A DNA stretch of 64,000 nucleotides from Tubiluchus corallicola (taxonomy: Eukaryota; Animalia; Priapulida), in NCBI GenBank assembly GCA_030141605.1, contig JAQGDQ010000440.1, positions 58,429 to 122,428 on the forward strand, written 5' to 3'. Positions 20,627 to 31,224 of this stretch are shown piece after piece. Position 1 is the first letter of the stretch; every line of letters begins with the position of its first letter. Made by a program: the position numbers and the translations under genes. The notes under the pieces are model-generated. The model was not told the DNA's origin and did not search any database. It saw only the letters and a program-made list of their open reading frames with translations.

Positions 20627-21994
20627 TCACACTAGTCCCTGGGCCATCATAGCATTGGCAACCTTTATAAACCCTCCGATATTGGCACCAATCTCATAAT
20701 TAACATGCCCGTTGCTCTGCTTGCCATACCTGACACATGTAGCATGAATATTCTTCATAATAGAGTTAAGCTTCGTATCGACCTCCTCGCGCGTCCACTG
20801 CATCCTCATGGAGTTTTGCGCCATCTCCAGCCCCGAAACAGCTACGCCCCCTGCATTTGATGCCTTACCCGGAGCATACAGCACATTATGCTTATGAAAC
20901 AGGAGAATAGCTTCAGGTGTACACGGCATATTGGCACCCTCAGAAACACAAAAGCACCCTCCCTCCAGCAAGCTCCGCGCATCATCCTCATTCACCTCAT
21001 TCTCTGTTGCAGAAGGTAAAGCTATATCACACTTCTCACCCCACGGCCTGGCATCGGATACAAACTTTACCCCAAACTCCCGGGCATACTCCTCTATCCG
21101 ACCTCGCCTAACATTCTTCAGCTCCATTAAAAACTCAAACTTCTCACCCTTAACCCCATCGGGATCATATATGTAACCACTGGAATCGGAAAGTGTGACA
21201 ACCTTTCCACCCAGCTCATTAATCTTCTCCGTAGTGTACTGGGCTACATTCCCCGAACCGCTTACAGCAACCATCTTTCCTTTAAATGTTTTATTCACAC
21301 TATTTAGCATCTCCCGGACAAAATACACATTGCCATACCCTGTAGCCTCTGGCCGTATAAGCGAACCACTCCAGTTAATACCCTTACCGGTAAGCACCCC
21401 AGTAAACTCATTCTTAAGGCGCTTATACTGCCCAAACAAAAAACCGATCTCTCTACCCCCAACACCTATATCGCCGGCAGGAACATCTGTATAAGGACCT
21501 ATATGCCTTGAAAGCTCAGTCATAAACGACTGACAAAAACGCATTATTTCTCCGTCCGTCTTCTCTTTGGGATCAAAGTCGGACCCCCCCTTTCCCCCTC
21601 CCATTGGAAGATTTGTAAGACTGTTCTTCAGCACCTGCTCAAAAGCAAGAAACTTCAGAACACCAAGGTTAACGCTCGGATGAAACCGCAACCCACCTTT
21701 ATAAGGACCGATAGCACTATTCATCTCCACCCTGTAACCGCGATTGATATGCACATTACCCTGATCATCCGCCCATGGCACTCTAAACTGTATAACCCTT
21801 TCCGGCTCGGCCATACGCTCCAATACCCTGGACTTGAGATAGATAGGGTGATTGACAAGGAAAGGCGCGAGGGACTCCACTACTTCACGAACAGCCTGAT
21901 GAAATTCCGCCTCATGAGGGTCACGCTCCATTATTCTGTTCATAAACCCTTCAATAAACTGTGTAGTCGACTTTTGAGAAATAATTGTTGTCAT
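20627..21994 (-). CDS. gdhA: NAD(P)-dependent glutamate dehydrogenase, paralog 1
   Basis: GPYKGGLRFHP, GGGKGGSDFDPK, RPEATGYG, SGSGNVAQY, EGANMP. Confidence 0.96.
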   Translation of the reverse strand: MTTIISQKSTTQFIEGFMNRIMERDPHEAEFHQAVREVVESLAPFLVNHPIYLKSRVLERMAEPERVIQFRVPWADDQGNVHINRGYRVEMNSAIGPYKGGLRFHPSVNLGVLKFLAFEQVLKNSLTNLPMGGGKGGSDFDPKEKTDGEIMRFCQSFMTELSRHIGPYTDVPAGDIGVGGREIGFLFGQYKRLKNEFTGVLTGKGINWSGSLIRPEATGYGNVYFVREMLNSVNKTFKGKMVAVSGSGNVAQYTTEKINELGGKVVTLSDSSGYIYDPDGVKGEKFEFLMELKNVRRGRIEEYAREFGVKFVSDARPWGEKCDIALPSATENEVNEDDARSLLEGGCFCVSEGANMPCTPEAILLFHKHNVLYAPGKASNAGGVAVSGLEMAQNSMRMQWTREEVDTKLNSIMKNIHATCVRYGKQSNGHVNYEIGANIGGFIKVANAMMAQGLV

Positions 21995-22334
21995 TATATA
22001 ATAAAGTTTAGTTGTAAACTACAAAGCTACATAAAAATAGTTAGCCAAAAGCCTATTACAATCAAAAAAAAACCTAGCCTCACACTAAGAAATACAAAGG
22101 GGGAAATGCTATCTGGTCCCGGCTGGATAAAAGTTTGATAGAAACCCACAATTTACCAGTATAAATAAGAGGGATATGAGGTATAAGCACATTGAAGAGT
22201 ATAGGAACAAAAAGTGGTGATTTGCAAAAACCTTAGCATCCACAATGCAGGTGACACCATAAAAGAATACAGGCAATCTCTAAAGTAAGGCTTGAATTAT
22301 GCCACTATTCTAAGAATCCTTGAAAATAAAACTC

Positions 22335-22342
22335 TATTTTTG
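22335..22342 (+). promoter_or_regulatory. putative -7 promoter element for leuS
   Basis: TATTTTTG matches TAnnTTTG, about 80 nt before the ATG. Confidence 0.5.
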
Positions 22343-22419
22343 CAATCTTAATTTTGAAGAAAAAGCGCTTTGCTTAAAATAACAGTTTGTATTCAAATCC
22401 GTAAAAAATCAAGAACTGC

Positions 22420-25083
22420 ATGAGCTATAAATTCAGGGAAATAGAAAAGAGGTGGCAGGAGTACTGGGATAAAAATAAAACCTTCAAAACAGAAGACAAC
22501 CTCTCCAAACCAAAATTTTACTGTCTTGATATGTTTCCATACCCGTCAGGCGCCGGCCTGCATGTAGGACACCCCGAAGGGTATACAGCAACTGATATTA
22601 TATCGCGATACAAGCGCGCAAAAGGATTTAATGTCCTGCACCCAATGGGATGGGATGCTTTCGGGCTCCCCGCAGAGCAGTTTGCAATCGAAACAGGAAC
22701 ACACCCTGCAATAACAACACGCAAAAACAGTGACACCTTTCGCAGGCAGATCAAATCACTGGGGCTTGCATACGACTGGGACAGAGAAATAAACACTACC
22801 GATCAAAACTACTATAAATGGACTCAATGGATATTTATAAGACTATATAACACATGGTTTGACAAGAAACAGCAAAAAGGGCGCCACATCAAAGAACTGC
22901 CCATACCAGCAGAGATAAAAAATAGTGGAGAAAAAGCTGTAAAAAAATATATTGAAGGGAAAAGGCTTGCCTACTACGGCAACGCTCAGGTGTGGTACTG
23001 CCGCAATTGCAAAACTGTATGTGCAAATGAAGAGGTGCTAAACGATGGCTCACATGAAAAATGCAACACCAAAGAGGTTGAGCGCCGATCACTGAAACAG
23101 TGGATGTTGCGCATCCCTCTTTATGCCGAAAGACTGCTGAAAGGGCTTGATGACCTGAACTGGCCGGAAGGAGTGAAAGATATGCAACGCAACTGGATAG
23201 GACGCTCAACAGGCGCTGAGATCAACTTCGAAATAGAGGGGCTAAACAAAAATCTGAAAGTTTATACCACACGCCCCGACACACTATTCGGAGCATCATA
23301 CATGGTATTGGCACCCGAGCACGAAATGGTAGGTGAGATAACAGTTGATGAGCACAAAAGCGTTGTTAACAAATATATAGAGGCGTCTGCATTAAAAAGC
23401 GACCTGGATCGTACCGACCTTGCAAAAGAGAAAACAGGAGTTTTCACAGGGCGATACGCTATCAACCCGGTTACAGAGAAAAAAATTCCGATATGGATCG
23501 CCGACTATGTCCTGATAGACTATGGGTCTGGAGCAATAATGGCTGTCCCTTCGCACGACACACGTGACTTTGAGTTTGCTCAAACCTTTGGGCTGCCCGT
23601 TGTCTGCATCCTCAACCCCCAGGAAGCGGATGAGGACACCAGAAAAAAAGTACTGAAAGGTGAAGCATGCTGGGCAGAAGACGGTGAATATATCAACTCC
23701 GCAAACACAGAGCTGGGGATTACAATCAATGGGATGAATAAAGAGGAAGGAATTGCGACAGTTACCCGGTGGCTGGAAAAAAACAGCCTGGGTAAGACCA
23801 CTGTAAACTATAAAATGCGGGACTGGTTATTTAGCCGGCAACGATTTTGGGGGGAACCCTTCCCTGTTATCCACTGGGAAGATGGAGAAATAAGCGTTTT
23901 GGATGATGGAGACCTCCCCTTACAACTACCGGACGTTAAAGAGTATAAACCCGCCGAATCGGGTGAGTCGCCACTATCTCTGGCAGGAGATGACTGGCTA
24001 AATATCGTTGATAAAAACGGGAGAAAAGGGCGCCGAGAAACAAACACAATGCCACAATGGGCAGGATCCTGCTGGTACTACCTCAGATATATAGACCCTA
24101 AAAACGACAGCGCCCCGTTTGACCGAGAAAAAGAAAAATACTGGATGCCGGTAGACCTCTATGTGGGAGGGGCCGAACATGCAGTGCTACACCTGCTTTA
24201 CAGTAGATTTTGGCATAAGGTGCTCTTTGATCTCGATATAGTGTCAACCAATGAGCCCTACACTAAACTATATAACCAGGGAATGATACTGGCATTTGCC
24301 TACGAAACAGGATCCGGGTCAAAGGTCCCTTCCAACCTCGTTGAAGAAAGAGATGGAGAATACTATAGTACAAAAACAGGTGAAAAGCTGGAGCAGATAG
24401 TAGCCAAAATGTCTAAAACACTAAGAAACGTAATCAACCCGGATGACGTTGTCGAAGAGTATGGAGCAGACTCTCTCCGCCTCTATGAAATGTTTATGGG
24501 ACCTCTCGATGCAGCCAAACCATGGAGCAAAACAGGGGTGAAAGGGGTGTTTAACTTCTTACGGCGCGTACACTTCTTTTTTTCCAACCATGCCAACCTT
24601 GTAAAAGACGTGGAAGCAGATGAAACACTAAAAATGCTACATCTGACAATTAAAAAAGTGGAAGAGGATATCAACGATATGAAATTTAACACTGCAATAT
24701 CACAGATGATGGTGTTCACAAACCACTGCTACAAAGTGGGAACCATTACTAAAAACACAGCCGAAAAGTTTGCACAGATATTGGCTCCGTTTGCGCCACA
24801 CCTTGCTGAAGAACTGTGGCACATGTACGGCAACAAAAGTAGTATTAGCGCCCATCTGTGGCCAGAATTCGAAGATAAGTACCTGAAGGAAAACACCTTT
24901 GAATACCCTGTCTCTTTCAACGGTAAAATGCGCTTCAAAATAGGCTTACCCGTTGATATGCCTGCAAAAGAGATAGAAAAAACAGTCTTAAACAACCCAA
25001 ATGCTCAAAAATGGATTGATGGTAAAAACGTGATCAAAACAGTTGTTGTCCCAAACAAAATAGTTAACATAGTGATAAAATAA
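22420..25083 (+). CDS. leuS: leucine--tRNA ligase
   Basis: MFPYPSGAGLHVGH, TTRPDTLFG, SRQRFWGEP, GGAEHAVLHLLY, KMSKT. Confidence 0.98.
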   Translation: MSYKFREIEKRWQEYWDKNKTFKTEDNLSKPKFYCLDMFPYPSGAGLHVGHPEGYTATDIISRYKRAKGFNVLHPMGWDAFGLPAEQFAIETGTHPAITTRKNSDTFRRQIKSLGLAYDWDREINTTDQNYYKWTQWIFIRLYNTWFDKKQQKGRHIKELPIPAEIKNSGEKAVKKYIEGKRLAYYGNAQVWYCRNCKTVCANEEVLNDGSHEKCNTKEVERRSLKQWMLRIPLYAERLLKGLDDLNWPEGVKDMQRNWIGRSTGAEINFEIEGLNKNLKVYTTRPDTLFGASYMVLAPEHEMVGEITVDEHKSVVNKYIEASALKSDLDRTDLAKEKTGVFTGRYAINPVTEKKIPIWIADYVLIDYGSGAIMAVPSHDTRDFEFAQTFGLPVVCILNPQEADEDTRKKVLKGEACWAEDGEYINSANTELGITINGMNKEEGIATVTRWLEKNSLGKTTVNYKMRDWLFSRQRFWGEPFPVIHWEDGEISVLDDGDLPLQLPDVKEYKPAESGESPLSLAGDDWLNIVDKNGRKGRRETNTMPQWAGSCWYYLRYIDPKNDSAPFDREKEKYWMPVDLYVGGAEHAVLHLLYSRFWHKVLFDLDIVSTNEPYTKLYNQGMILAFAYETGSGSKVPSNLVEERDGEYYSTKTGEKLEQIVAKMSKTLRNVINPDDVVEEYGADSLRLYEMFMGPLDAAKPWSKTGVKGVFNFLRRVHFFFSNHANLVKDVEADETLKMLHLTIKKVEEDINDMKFNTAISQMMVFTNHCYKVGTITKNTAEKFAQILAPFAPHLAEELWHMYGNKSSISAHLWPEFEDKYLKENTFEYPVSFNGKMRFKIGLPVDMPAKEIEKTVLNNPNAQKWIDGKNVIKTVVVPNKIVNIVIK

Positions 25084-25084
25084 C

Positions 25085-25225
25085 AGAGCCTTTTGCGGAG
25101 CGAAATAATTTGATTCAAATCTGGAAAAATTCAGCAAAAAGCCGTAACTTACCATTGCAAGTAGCAGTTTTGAAGAAAATTTATGACAGAAATACCAATA
25201 AAAAGATAAGTTTAGCAAAGGCCTC
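25085..25225 (+). mobile_element. MITE-like repeat copy
   Basis: agagccttttgcggagcgaaa...aataaaaagataagtttagcaaaggcctc, immediately after the leuS stop. Confidence 0.7.
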
Positions 25226-25311
25226 ATAGCAAGTAAAAGCAACCTTTGCCAACTTGTAACTTATCAAAAATGTTTTAAAAATCTAAAAACACAAACCCAT
25301 TTTAGACAGTT

Positions 25312-26628
25312 ATGAGAAAACACCTTCCCGAATTACTTTTAGCACTAACATTAGTATTTATTATTACATACAGATTGAAACCAAAAAAGAGTTGCAGTAA
25401 CAACAGTATTGACAATGTTGCAACTTTAATATCCGAGCATGTTCCCGAATCCATTCCTGAACCCGTTTTAAGATATGGACTAGTAGCTGACTCCTTTTAC
25501 ATTGAGGATGCCCGCATAAAAAAGCATCAAAACATTTCGGAGGTACTCTCCTCAAGGGGTGTCTCCCACACATCTATTGCCAGCCTTGCCAAAAACCTGA
25601 AACCTCTCTTCGATGTAAGAAAAGTAAGGTCCGGCAATAAATACTCCATCTTTTACACACCAGATTCCGCAAGGAAGGCGAAGTACTTTGTGTACGAGAA
25701 CAATCCAGTTGATTTTTTTGTATGCGAGCTGGACTCAGACTCAATGAAGGTAACACCCGGAACAAAAGAGATAGTAAAAAAAAGGTTTAAAGTGTCAGGG
25801 GAGATCACCTCATCATTATGGAATACAATGAACGAAAACAGCCTTAATCCTACACTCGCAATAAAACTATCGGAAATTTATGCCTGGACCATTGACTTTT
25901 TCAGTATACAAAAAGGGGATAAGTTTAAAATTGTATATACAGAAGATTTTGTAGAGGAGAAGAGCGTCGGAATATCCAACATATACGCAGCTCACTTTAC
26001 ACATGCAAATGAGGATTACTTCGCATTCCAATTTAACCAGGACGAGAAAGACGATTACTTTGACGACAAAGGACAAAACCTTAGGAAAGCATTTTTAAAA
26101 GCTCCATTAAGATTCTCACGCATCAGCTCACGATTCTCTTACAGCCGTATGCACCCTGTACTGCGTATCAGACGGCCTCACTACGGAGTTGACTATGCAG
26201 CCCCTACAGGAACACCGGTATACTCTATTGGAGACGGTACAATAGTTAGCAAGGGATATCAAAAGAAAGGGGGAGGAAACTATGTGAAAATTAAACATAA
26301 CTCTGTCTACTCCTCCGTTTACATGCACCTCTCACGATTTGGTAAAGGGATTAAGCCAGGAACTAAAGTAAAGCAAAAAGACGTTATAGGATATGTTGGC
26401 GCTACAGGGCTTGCAACCGGCCCTCATCTGGACTTTAGAATTTATAAAAACGGCAGCCCTGTTGATCCGCTAAAAATAAAAGCCCCGTCAGTAAAACCTG
26501 TACAAGAGTCAAACATGCCTGAATTTACAGCTATAAAAGACTCTTTGATGAACAAGTTAGCCCTAATTCCCTATATAGATAATAATATAACCAGCTTTAG
26601 CATCATGCCTGGCACTACTGCAGAGTAA
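25312..26628 (+). CDS. M23-family peptidoglycan endopeptidase (MepM-like)
   Basis: HYGVDYAAPTGTPV, YMHLS, TGPHLDFR. Confidence 0.92.
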   Translation: MRKHLPELLLALTLVFIITYRLKPKKSCSNNSIDNVATLISEHVPESIPEPVLRYGLVADSFYIEDARIKKHQNISEVLSSRGVSHTSIASLAKNLKPLFDVRKVRSGNKYSIFYTPDSARKAKYFVYENNPVDFFVCELDSDSMKVTPGTKEIVKKRFKVSGEITSSLWNTMNENSLNPTLAIKLSEIYAWTIDFFSIQKGDKFKIVYTEDFVEEKSVGISNIYAAHFTHANEDYFAFQFNQDEKDDYFDDKGQNLRKAFLKAPLRFSRISSRFSYSRMHPVLRIRRPHYGVDYAAPTGTPVYSIGDGTIVSKGYQKKGGGNYVKIKHNSVYSSVYMHLSRFGKGIKPGTKVKQKDVIGYVGATGLATGPHLDFRIYKNGSPVDPLKIKAPSVKPVQESNMPEFTAIKDSLMNKLALIPYIDNNITSFSIMPGTTAE

Positions 26629-26667
26629 AACAGGCTTAACCACCCCTCTGCACTGTTAGGATTCAAT

Positions 26668-27237
26668 TTAATCTATCTGGCCTATAAGCAACTTCTCTAT
26701 AACTTCAGGGAAGTGCTTATGCTCCAGCTTATGTATCTTTTGGACAAGCTTCTCCGGGGTGTCACCAGGCAAAATAGAGCACTTGGCTTGAAAAAGGTGC
26801 TTGCCTTTATCATACTCCTCATTAACTAAATGAATAGTTATACCGGACTCCGTTTCACCGTTCTCTATAACCGCCTTGTGAACATGATCACCATACATAC
26901 CTTTACCTCCATATTTTGGAAGAAGGGCAGGATGTATATTTATAATTTGAAACTCGCCTATATACTGCGTGGGAACAAGCCATAAAAAGCCAGCAAGAAC
27001 AATAAGGTCTATTTTTCGATTTCTCAACTCATCTAGAACGCTAAAAGACTCGTAAAAGTCACATCTACTAAAACTTCCGTGATCTACAGCAAGTCTTCCA
27101 GCTTTCTGCAAAACTAAAGAATCTTTTTTATTAGACCATACCGAGTCGATAATAATACTCTTATGACCTCTAAAATACTTAATTATGTTCTCAGCGTTAG
27201 AGCCAGATCCTGAGGCAAGAATAGCCACTCTCTTCAT
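26668..27237 (-). CDS. purN: phosphoribosylglycinamide formyltransferase
   Basis: ASGSGSNA, LAGFL, INIHPALLPKYGG, SGITIHLV.EEYD.G. Confidence 0.96.
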   Translation of the reverse strand: MKRVAILASGSGSNAENIIKYFRGHKSIIIDSVWSNKKDSLVLQKAGRLAVDHGSFSRCDFYESFSVLDELRNRKIDLIVLAGFLWLVPTQYIGEFQIINIHPALLPKYGGKGMYGDHVHKAVIENGETESGITIHLVNEEYDKGKHLFQAKCSILPGDTPEKLVQKIHKLEHKHFPEVIEKLLIGQID

Positions 27238-27471
27238 ATTACATAGTACTTAAAACGTTTTAATAACTAAATAATCGAACGTAATGTTCGAAAAATATTC
27301 AAAAAATGATTGAAATTTATCAATAAATGTCATATGCGGCATATTACATCTTAAAATATTTGGAATTTATTTTGGTTTCTTTATTACTTTGCAGCCATTA
27401 ACTCATACGAAAAAAGAATGAGTACAAAACTAGTTCATAAATAAGTATTAACAATTAAAATTTAGAAAATC

Positions 27472-27708
27472 ATGTCTGACATTTTAGCCAAAGTTACTTC
27501 AATAATTGTAGACAAACTTGGTGTTGACGAGAGTGAAGTTACAGATAAAGCATCGTTTACCAATGATTTGGGAGCTGACTCTCTTGATACAGTTGAGCTG
27601 ATAATGGAATTTGAAAAAGAGTTCAATATTTCGATCCCCGACGATCAAGCCGAAAAAATCGGAACCGTGGGTGAAGCTATCTCTTATATTGAGAAGAATA
27701 CAAAGTAG
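27472..27708 (+). CDS. acpP: acyl carrier protein
   Basis: [20 protein letters not shown]. Confidence 0.98.
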   Translation: MSDILAKVTSIIVDKLGVDESEVTDKASFTNDLGADSLDTVELIMEFEKEFNISIPDDQAEKIGTVGEAISYIEKNTK

Positions 27709-27758
27709 ATAAAATTTAAAAGTACTTATTTCACTTTAATTAAGGGGTATATCTTTCT

Positions 27759-29006
27759 ATGGAACTGAAACGAGTTGTCGTAACAGGACTGGGAACAATT
27801 AATCCGCTGGGCAAAAATGTTCACGAATTTTGGGAAGGGCTTTCTAATGGCGTTAGCGGTGCTGACTCTATTACCAGCTTTGATGCCTCAAAGTTTAAGA
27901 CACATTTTGCCTGTGAAGTAAAGGATTTTGACCCTACTGCATACATCGGTAAAAAGGATGTGCGTAAGCATGACCTCTATGCACAGTTTGCGTTCATTGC
28001 CGCAGACCAGGCTCTTACAGATTCAAAAATTGATCTGAATACTATTGATAAGGATAAGGTGGGTGTTATTTGGGGTGCAGGTATCGGCGGGCTGGACACT
28101 TTCTTTAAGGAGGTGACCGAGTTTAATAAAGATCCTGACGTGCCAAGATTTTCCCCATTTTTTATTCCTAAAATGATTGCCAACATGGCAAGCGGAAACA
28201 TTGCTCTTAAATATGGTTTTCGCGGCCCTAGTATAACTACTGTTACTGCGTGTGCTTCGGCAACACATGCGCTGATTGACTCCGCGACCTACATTCGCTT
28301 GGGGAAAGCAGTAATGGTTGTAACAGGAGGCTCAGAAGCTGCAATAAACCCTGCAGGAATGGGTGGCTTTAATGCCATGCGGGCTATATCTACACGCAAT
28401 GATGACCCTAAAACAGCATCAAGGCCTTTTGACAAGGATCGTGATGGGTTTGTCATGGGTGAAGGAGGAGGAGCACTTATTCTTGAAGAGTATGAGCATG
28501 CTGTTAAGCGTGGCGCCACCATATATGCTGAATTTGTGGGCGGAGGAATGTCTACAGATGCATACCACATGACTGCTCCCGATCCAGAAGGTGGCGGTGC
28601 AGCTTTGGTTATGCAACGTGCACTTGAAGATGCAGATCTTAAGCCTGAAGATGTTGACTATATAAATGTACATGGAACATCAACAGGACTCGGAGATATT
28701 GCGGAGCCAAAAGCGATAAAAAAGGTGTTTGGTGAGCACTCATATAAAGTGAGCGTAAGTGCAACAAAATCGATGACAGGCCACCTTCTTGGCGCAGCAG
28801 GCGCAATCGAATCGATTGCCTCAATCTTGGCAATGCAAAACGGAATTGTACCACCCACAATAAACAATTTCACGCTCGACCCTGAAATTGATTCTAAAAT
28901 CGACTTTACTTTTAACAAAAGTAAAAAACGTGATATAAAAGTTGCTCTTAGCAACACATTTGGATTTGGGGGGCATAACGGAACTGTAATTTTTAAGAAA
29001 ATCTAG
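27759..29006 (+). CDS. fabF: 3-oxoacyl-ACP synthase II
   Basis: RVVVTGLG, TACASA, INVHGTST, KSMTGHLLGAAG, SNTFGFGGHN. Confidence 0.97.
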   Translation: MELKRVVVTGLGTINPLGKNVHEFWEGLSNGVSGADSITSFDASKFKTHFACEVKDFDPTAYIGKKDVRKHDLYAQFAFIAADQALTDSKIDLNTIDKDKVGVIWGAGIGGLDTFFKEVTEFNKDPDVPRFSPFFIPKMIANMASGNIALKYGFRGPSITTVTACASATHALIDSATYIRLGKAVMVVTGGSEAAINPAGMGGFNAMRAISTRNDDPKTASRPFDKDRDGFVMGEGGGALILEEYEHAVKRGATIYAEFVGGGMSTDAYHMTAPDPEGGGAALVMQRALEDADLKPEDVDYINVHGTSTGLGDIAEPKAIKKVFGEHSYKVSVSATKSMTGHLLGAAGAIESIASILAMQNGIVPPTINNFTLDPEIDSKIDFTFNKSKKRDIKVALSNTFGFGGHNGTVIFKKI

Positions 29007-29028
29007 CAGAAACCAGTATACCCTAATA

Positions 29029-29078
29029 AAAATAAAAGGGCTGCCTCAAAATCACTTCTGAGGCAGCCCTTTTATTTT
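29029..29078. terminator. strong bidirectional hairpin / intrinsic terminator after fabF
   Basis: aaaataaaagggctgcctca-N10-tgaggcagcccttttatttt, a 20-bp inverted repeat. Confidence 0.85.
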
Positions 29079-29682
29079 ATACTAGCCATTATTTGCAAAG
29101 CCCACCTGTATCCGCACCGAGAAGCTGTGATTTTTTCTAACCCAGGCACGCACCTCTCACCTTGATATACTTGCAAAAAAGCCAGATATGCTGTTTTTTT
29201 TAAAACAGATCACTACCGGCTCTGTTCCATCAAGTAAAAGTATACCGGTAAAACTTCCCCGGGAAAGCGAAAACAACACGCACTTTTAAATGCTATTTTC
29301 TTGAGAAAGATGACAAAAAAGGAAAGAAAAGAGGAGAGGCTAAAAGCACAAAAAATAAAGGCGGGAACCACCCCGCCTTTAAAACCAAAACCTAAATTCA
29401 CCTTGTGAAAACTCAGTTAATTCTGAAAACTTTCTAAAAACCCTAAATTAACTTACGTTTACACTACAAATTTAATTTTTTTATCCCAAAATACAATAGC
29501 CTATTATGACTTATTATTTAATATCCCTCAAATTTTCACACCAAAAAACTCAACATAAAAGATGTAATCACCTAAATATTCGCTACTTATTAGGCACACT
29601 ATACAGCTTCAAAAATAGAGTGTTAAATATTGTTAAGGATGAAAGGGTACTCACGTATTAAAAATTATCTTTGTTTATAATT

Positions 29683-31221
29683 ATGAGCCGAAAAATTATA
29701 TATCTTCTCAACTTCGTTATGGTAGCCGCTATTGCTGCCTTAATGTGGTTTCAGGCTATAATAATTATTCGCACTGTCAAATTAAATAAAGAGCATTTTA
29801 ACATATTAGTGACAAGGTCTCTGACTGATGTTATTGAGAAGATTGAGTCGGAGGAGATGAAACAGTTCATTTCCAGTAATGGCAAACAAAATAGTAAGCA
29901 GGAACCTTCAGTACTATTCCCGGAGTCAGACCCTTCATTTGCACTGATCGAGCACTTTAGAAAAGGGAAGCTGCGCCTCTCTTCCTCTGCTCCAAGCAAC
30001 GCCCTAAAGCGCAACTTTAATATGCAGACTACAGTAGACCTATATAAGCTATTTGAAGGGGCAAGCGCTACTGATATACACAGCTTTAACAATATATATC
30101 ACCAGGAGTATTCAAAGACATATAACCGCTATAAACTAGTGCAGTTCAAACAGGCTCAAGAGGAAATACCGTTAGACGAAAGAGTCGACTCCATACTTCT
30201 CAACAACCTGATAAGAAGAGAGTTTCTGAATAGGAATATAACTTTGGATTACACCTACAGCGTTCAATCGCAACTGGAGAATAAGACAACACACATATTT
30301 GGGGAGACAGTCCAAACAGAGATACAGAAGTGCCAACATAAGAGACTTCTATTCCCTAACGATCTGGTCGTTAAACCAATCTACCTGTGTATATCTTTTT
30401 TAAATGAGAAAATGTATCACCTGAGGTCTATTGGCTTTCTGGTGATCCCATCAATAGTATTGACGCTTATTATAATTGGGGTATTTGTAGTGACGCTACA
30501 GATTATCTTGAGGCAAAAAAAGCTAGGACAGATAAAAAACGATTTTATAAACAATATGACTCATGAATTAAAAACCCCAATCTCTACTATCTCTCTTGCT
30601 TCTCAGATGCTTAAAGACTCATCTATTTTTAACACCCCCAAAACGGTAAATCATGTGTCAAATGTTATTTTAGATGAAAGTAAAAGGCTAGGACACCAAG
30701 TAGAAAAGGTGTTACAAATGGCTGTTTTCAATGAGGGAAGGCTAAAACTTAAACTTAGCCTGATTGACATGAACAATCTTTTAGATGGAGTTGCATCCAA
30801 TTTTGAACTACAAGTATCAAGCAAAGGGGGTAGAATTAATACAAATTTTAAAGCACTCAATTCCCATATCAGGGGAGATGAGATTCACATCACCAATGTT
30901 ATATCCAATCTGCTTGATAATGCTGTTAAATATAGTAGTGACAATCCACCAGTCATAAGCATTACAACAAAAAATAAAAAAAAGTGGCTAATAATCAACG
31001 TAATTGACAATGGTATTGGAATTAGCAAAGAACATCAAAAACAAATATTTGAAAGATTCTATCGTGTGTCTACTGGCAATGTGCACAATGTCAAAGGCTT
31101 TGGCCTTGGATTGTCTTATGTAAAACGCATTATTGAAGCTCATAAAGGACATATCAGGATCGATAGCACTATTGGCAAAGGAACACGTTTTAGGATCTAT
31201 TTTCCCATAAAAAATCTTTAA
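29683..31221 (+). CDS. sensor histidine kinase (RprX-like); start moved to ATG 29683
   Basis: Two TM segments, NNMTHELKTP, NLLDNAVKY, DNGIG, GFGLGL; the TTG start at 29671 overlaps a TATCTTTG promoter element (29666-29673). Confidence 0.92.
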   Translation: MSRKIIYLLNFVMVAAIAALMWFQAIIIIRTVKLNKEHFNILVTRSLTDVIEKIESEEMKQFISSNGKQNSKQEPSVLFPESDPSFALIEHFRKGKLRLSSSAPSNALKRNFNMQTTVDLYKLFEGASATDIHSFNNIYHQEYSKTYNRYKLVQFKQAQEEIPLDERVDSILLNNLIRREFLNRNITLDYTYSVQSQLENKTTHIFGETVQTEIQKCQHKRLLFPNDLVVKPIYLCISFLNEKMYHLRSIGFLVIPSIVLTLIIIGVFVVTLQIILRQKKLGQIKNDFINNMTHELKTPISTISLASQMLKDSSIFNTPKTVNHVSNVILDESKRLGHQVEKVLQMAVFNEGRLKLKLSLIDMNNLLDGVASNFELQVSSKGGRINTNFKALNSHIRGDEIHITNVISNLLDNAVKYSSDNPPVISITTKNKKKWLIINVIDNGIGISKEHQKQIFERFYRVSTGNVHNVKGFGLGLSYVKRIIEAHKGHIRIDSTIGKGTRFRIYFPIKNL

Positions 31222-31224
31222 GCT

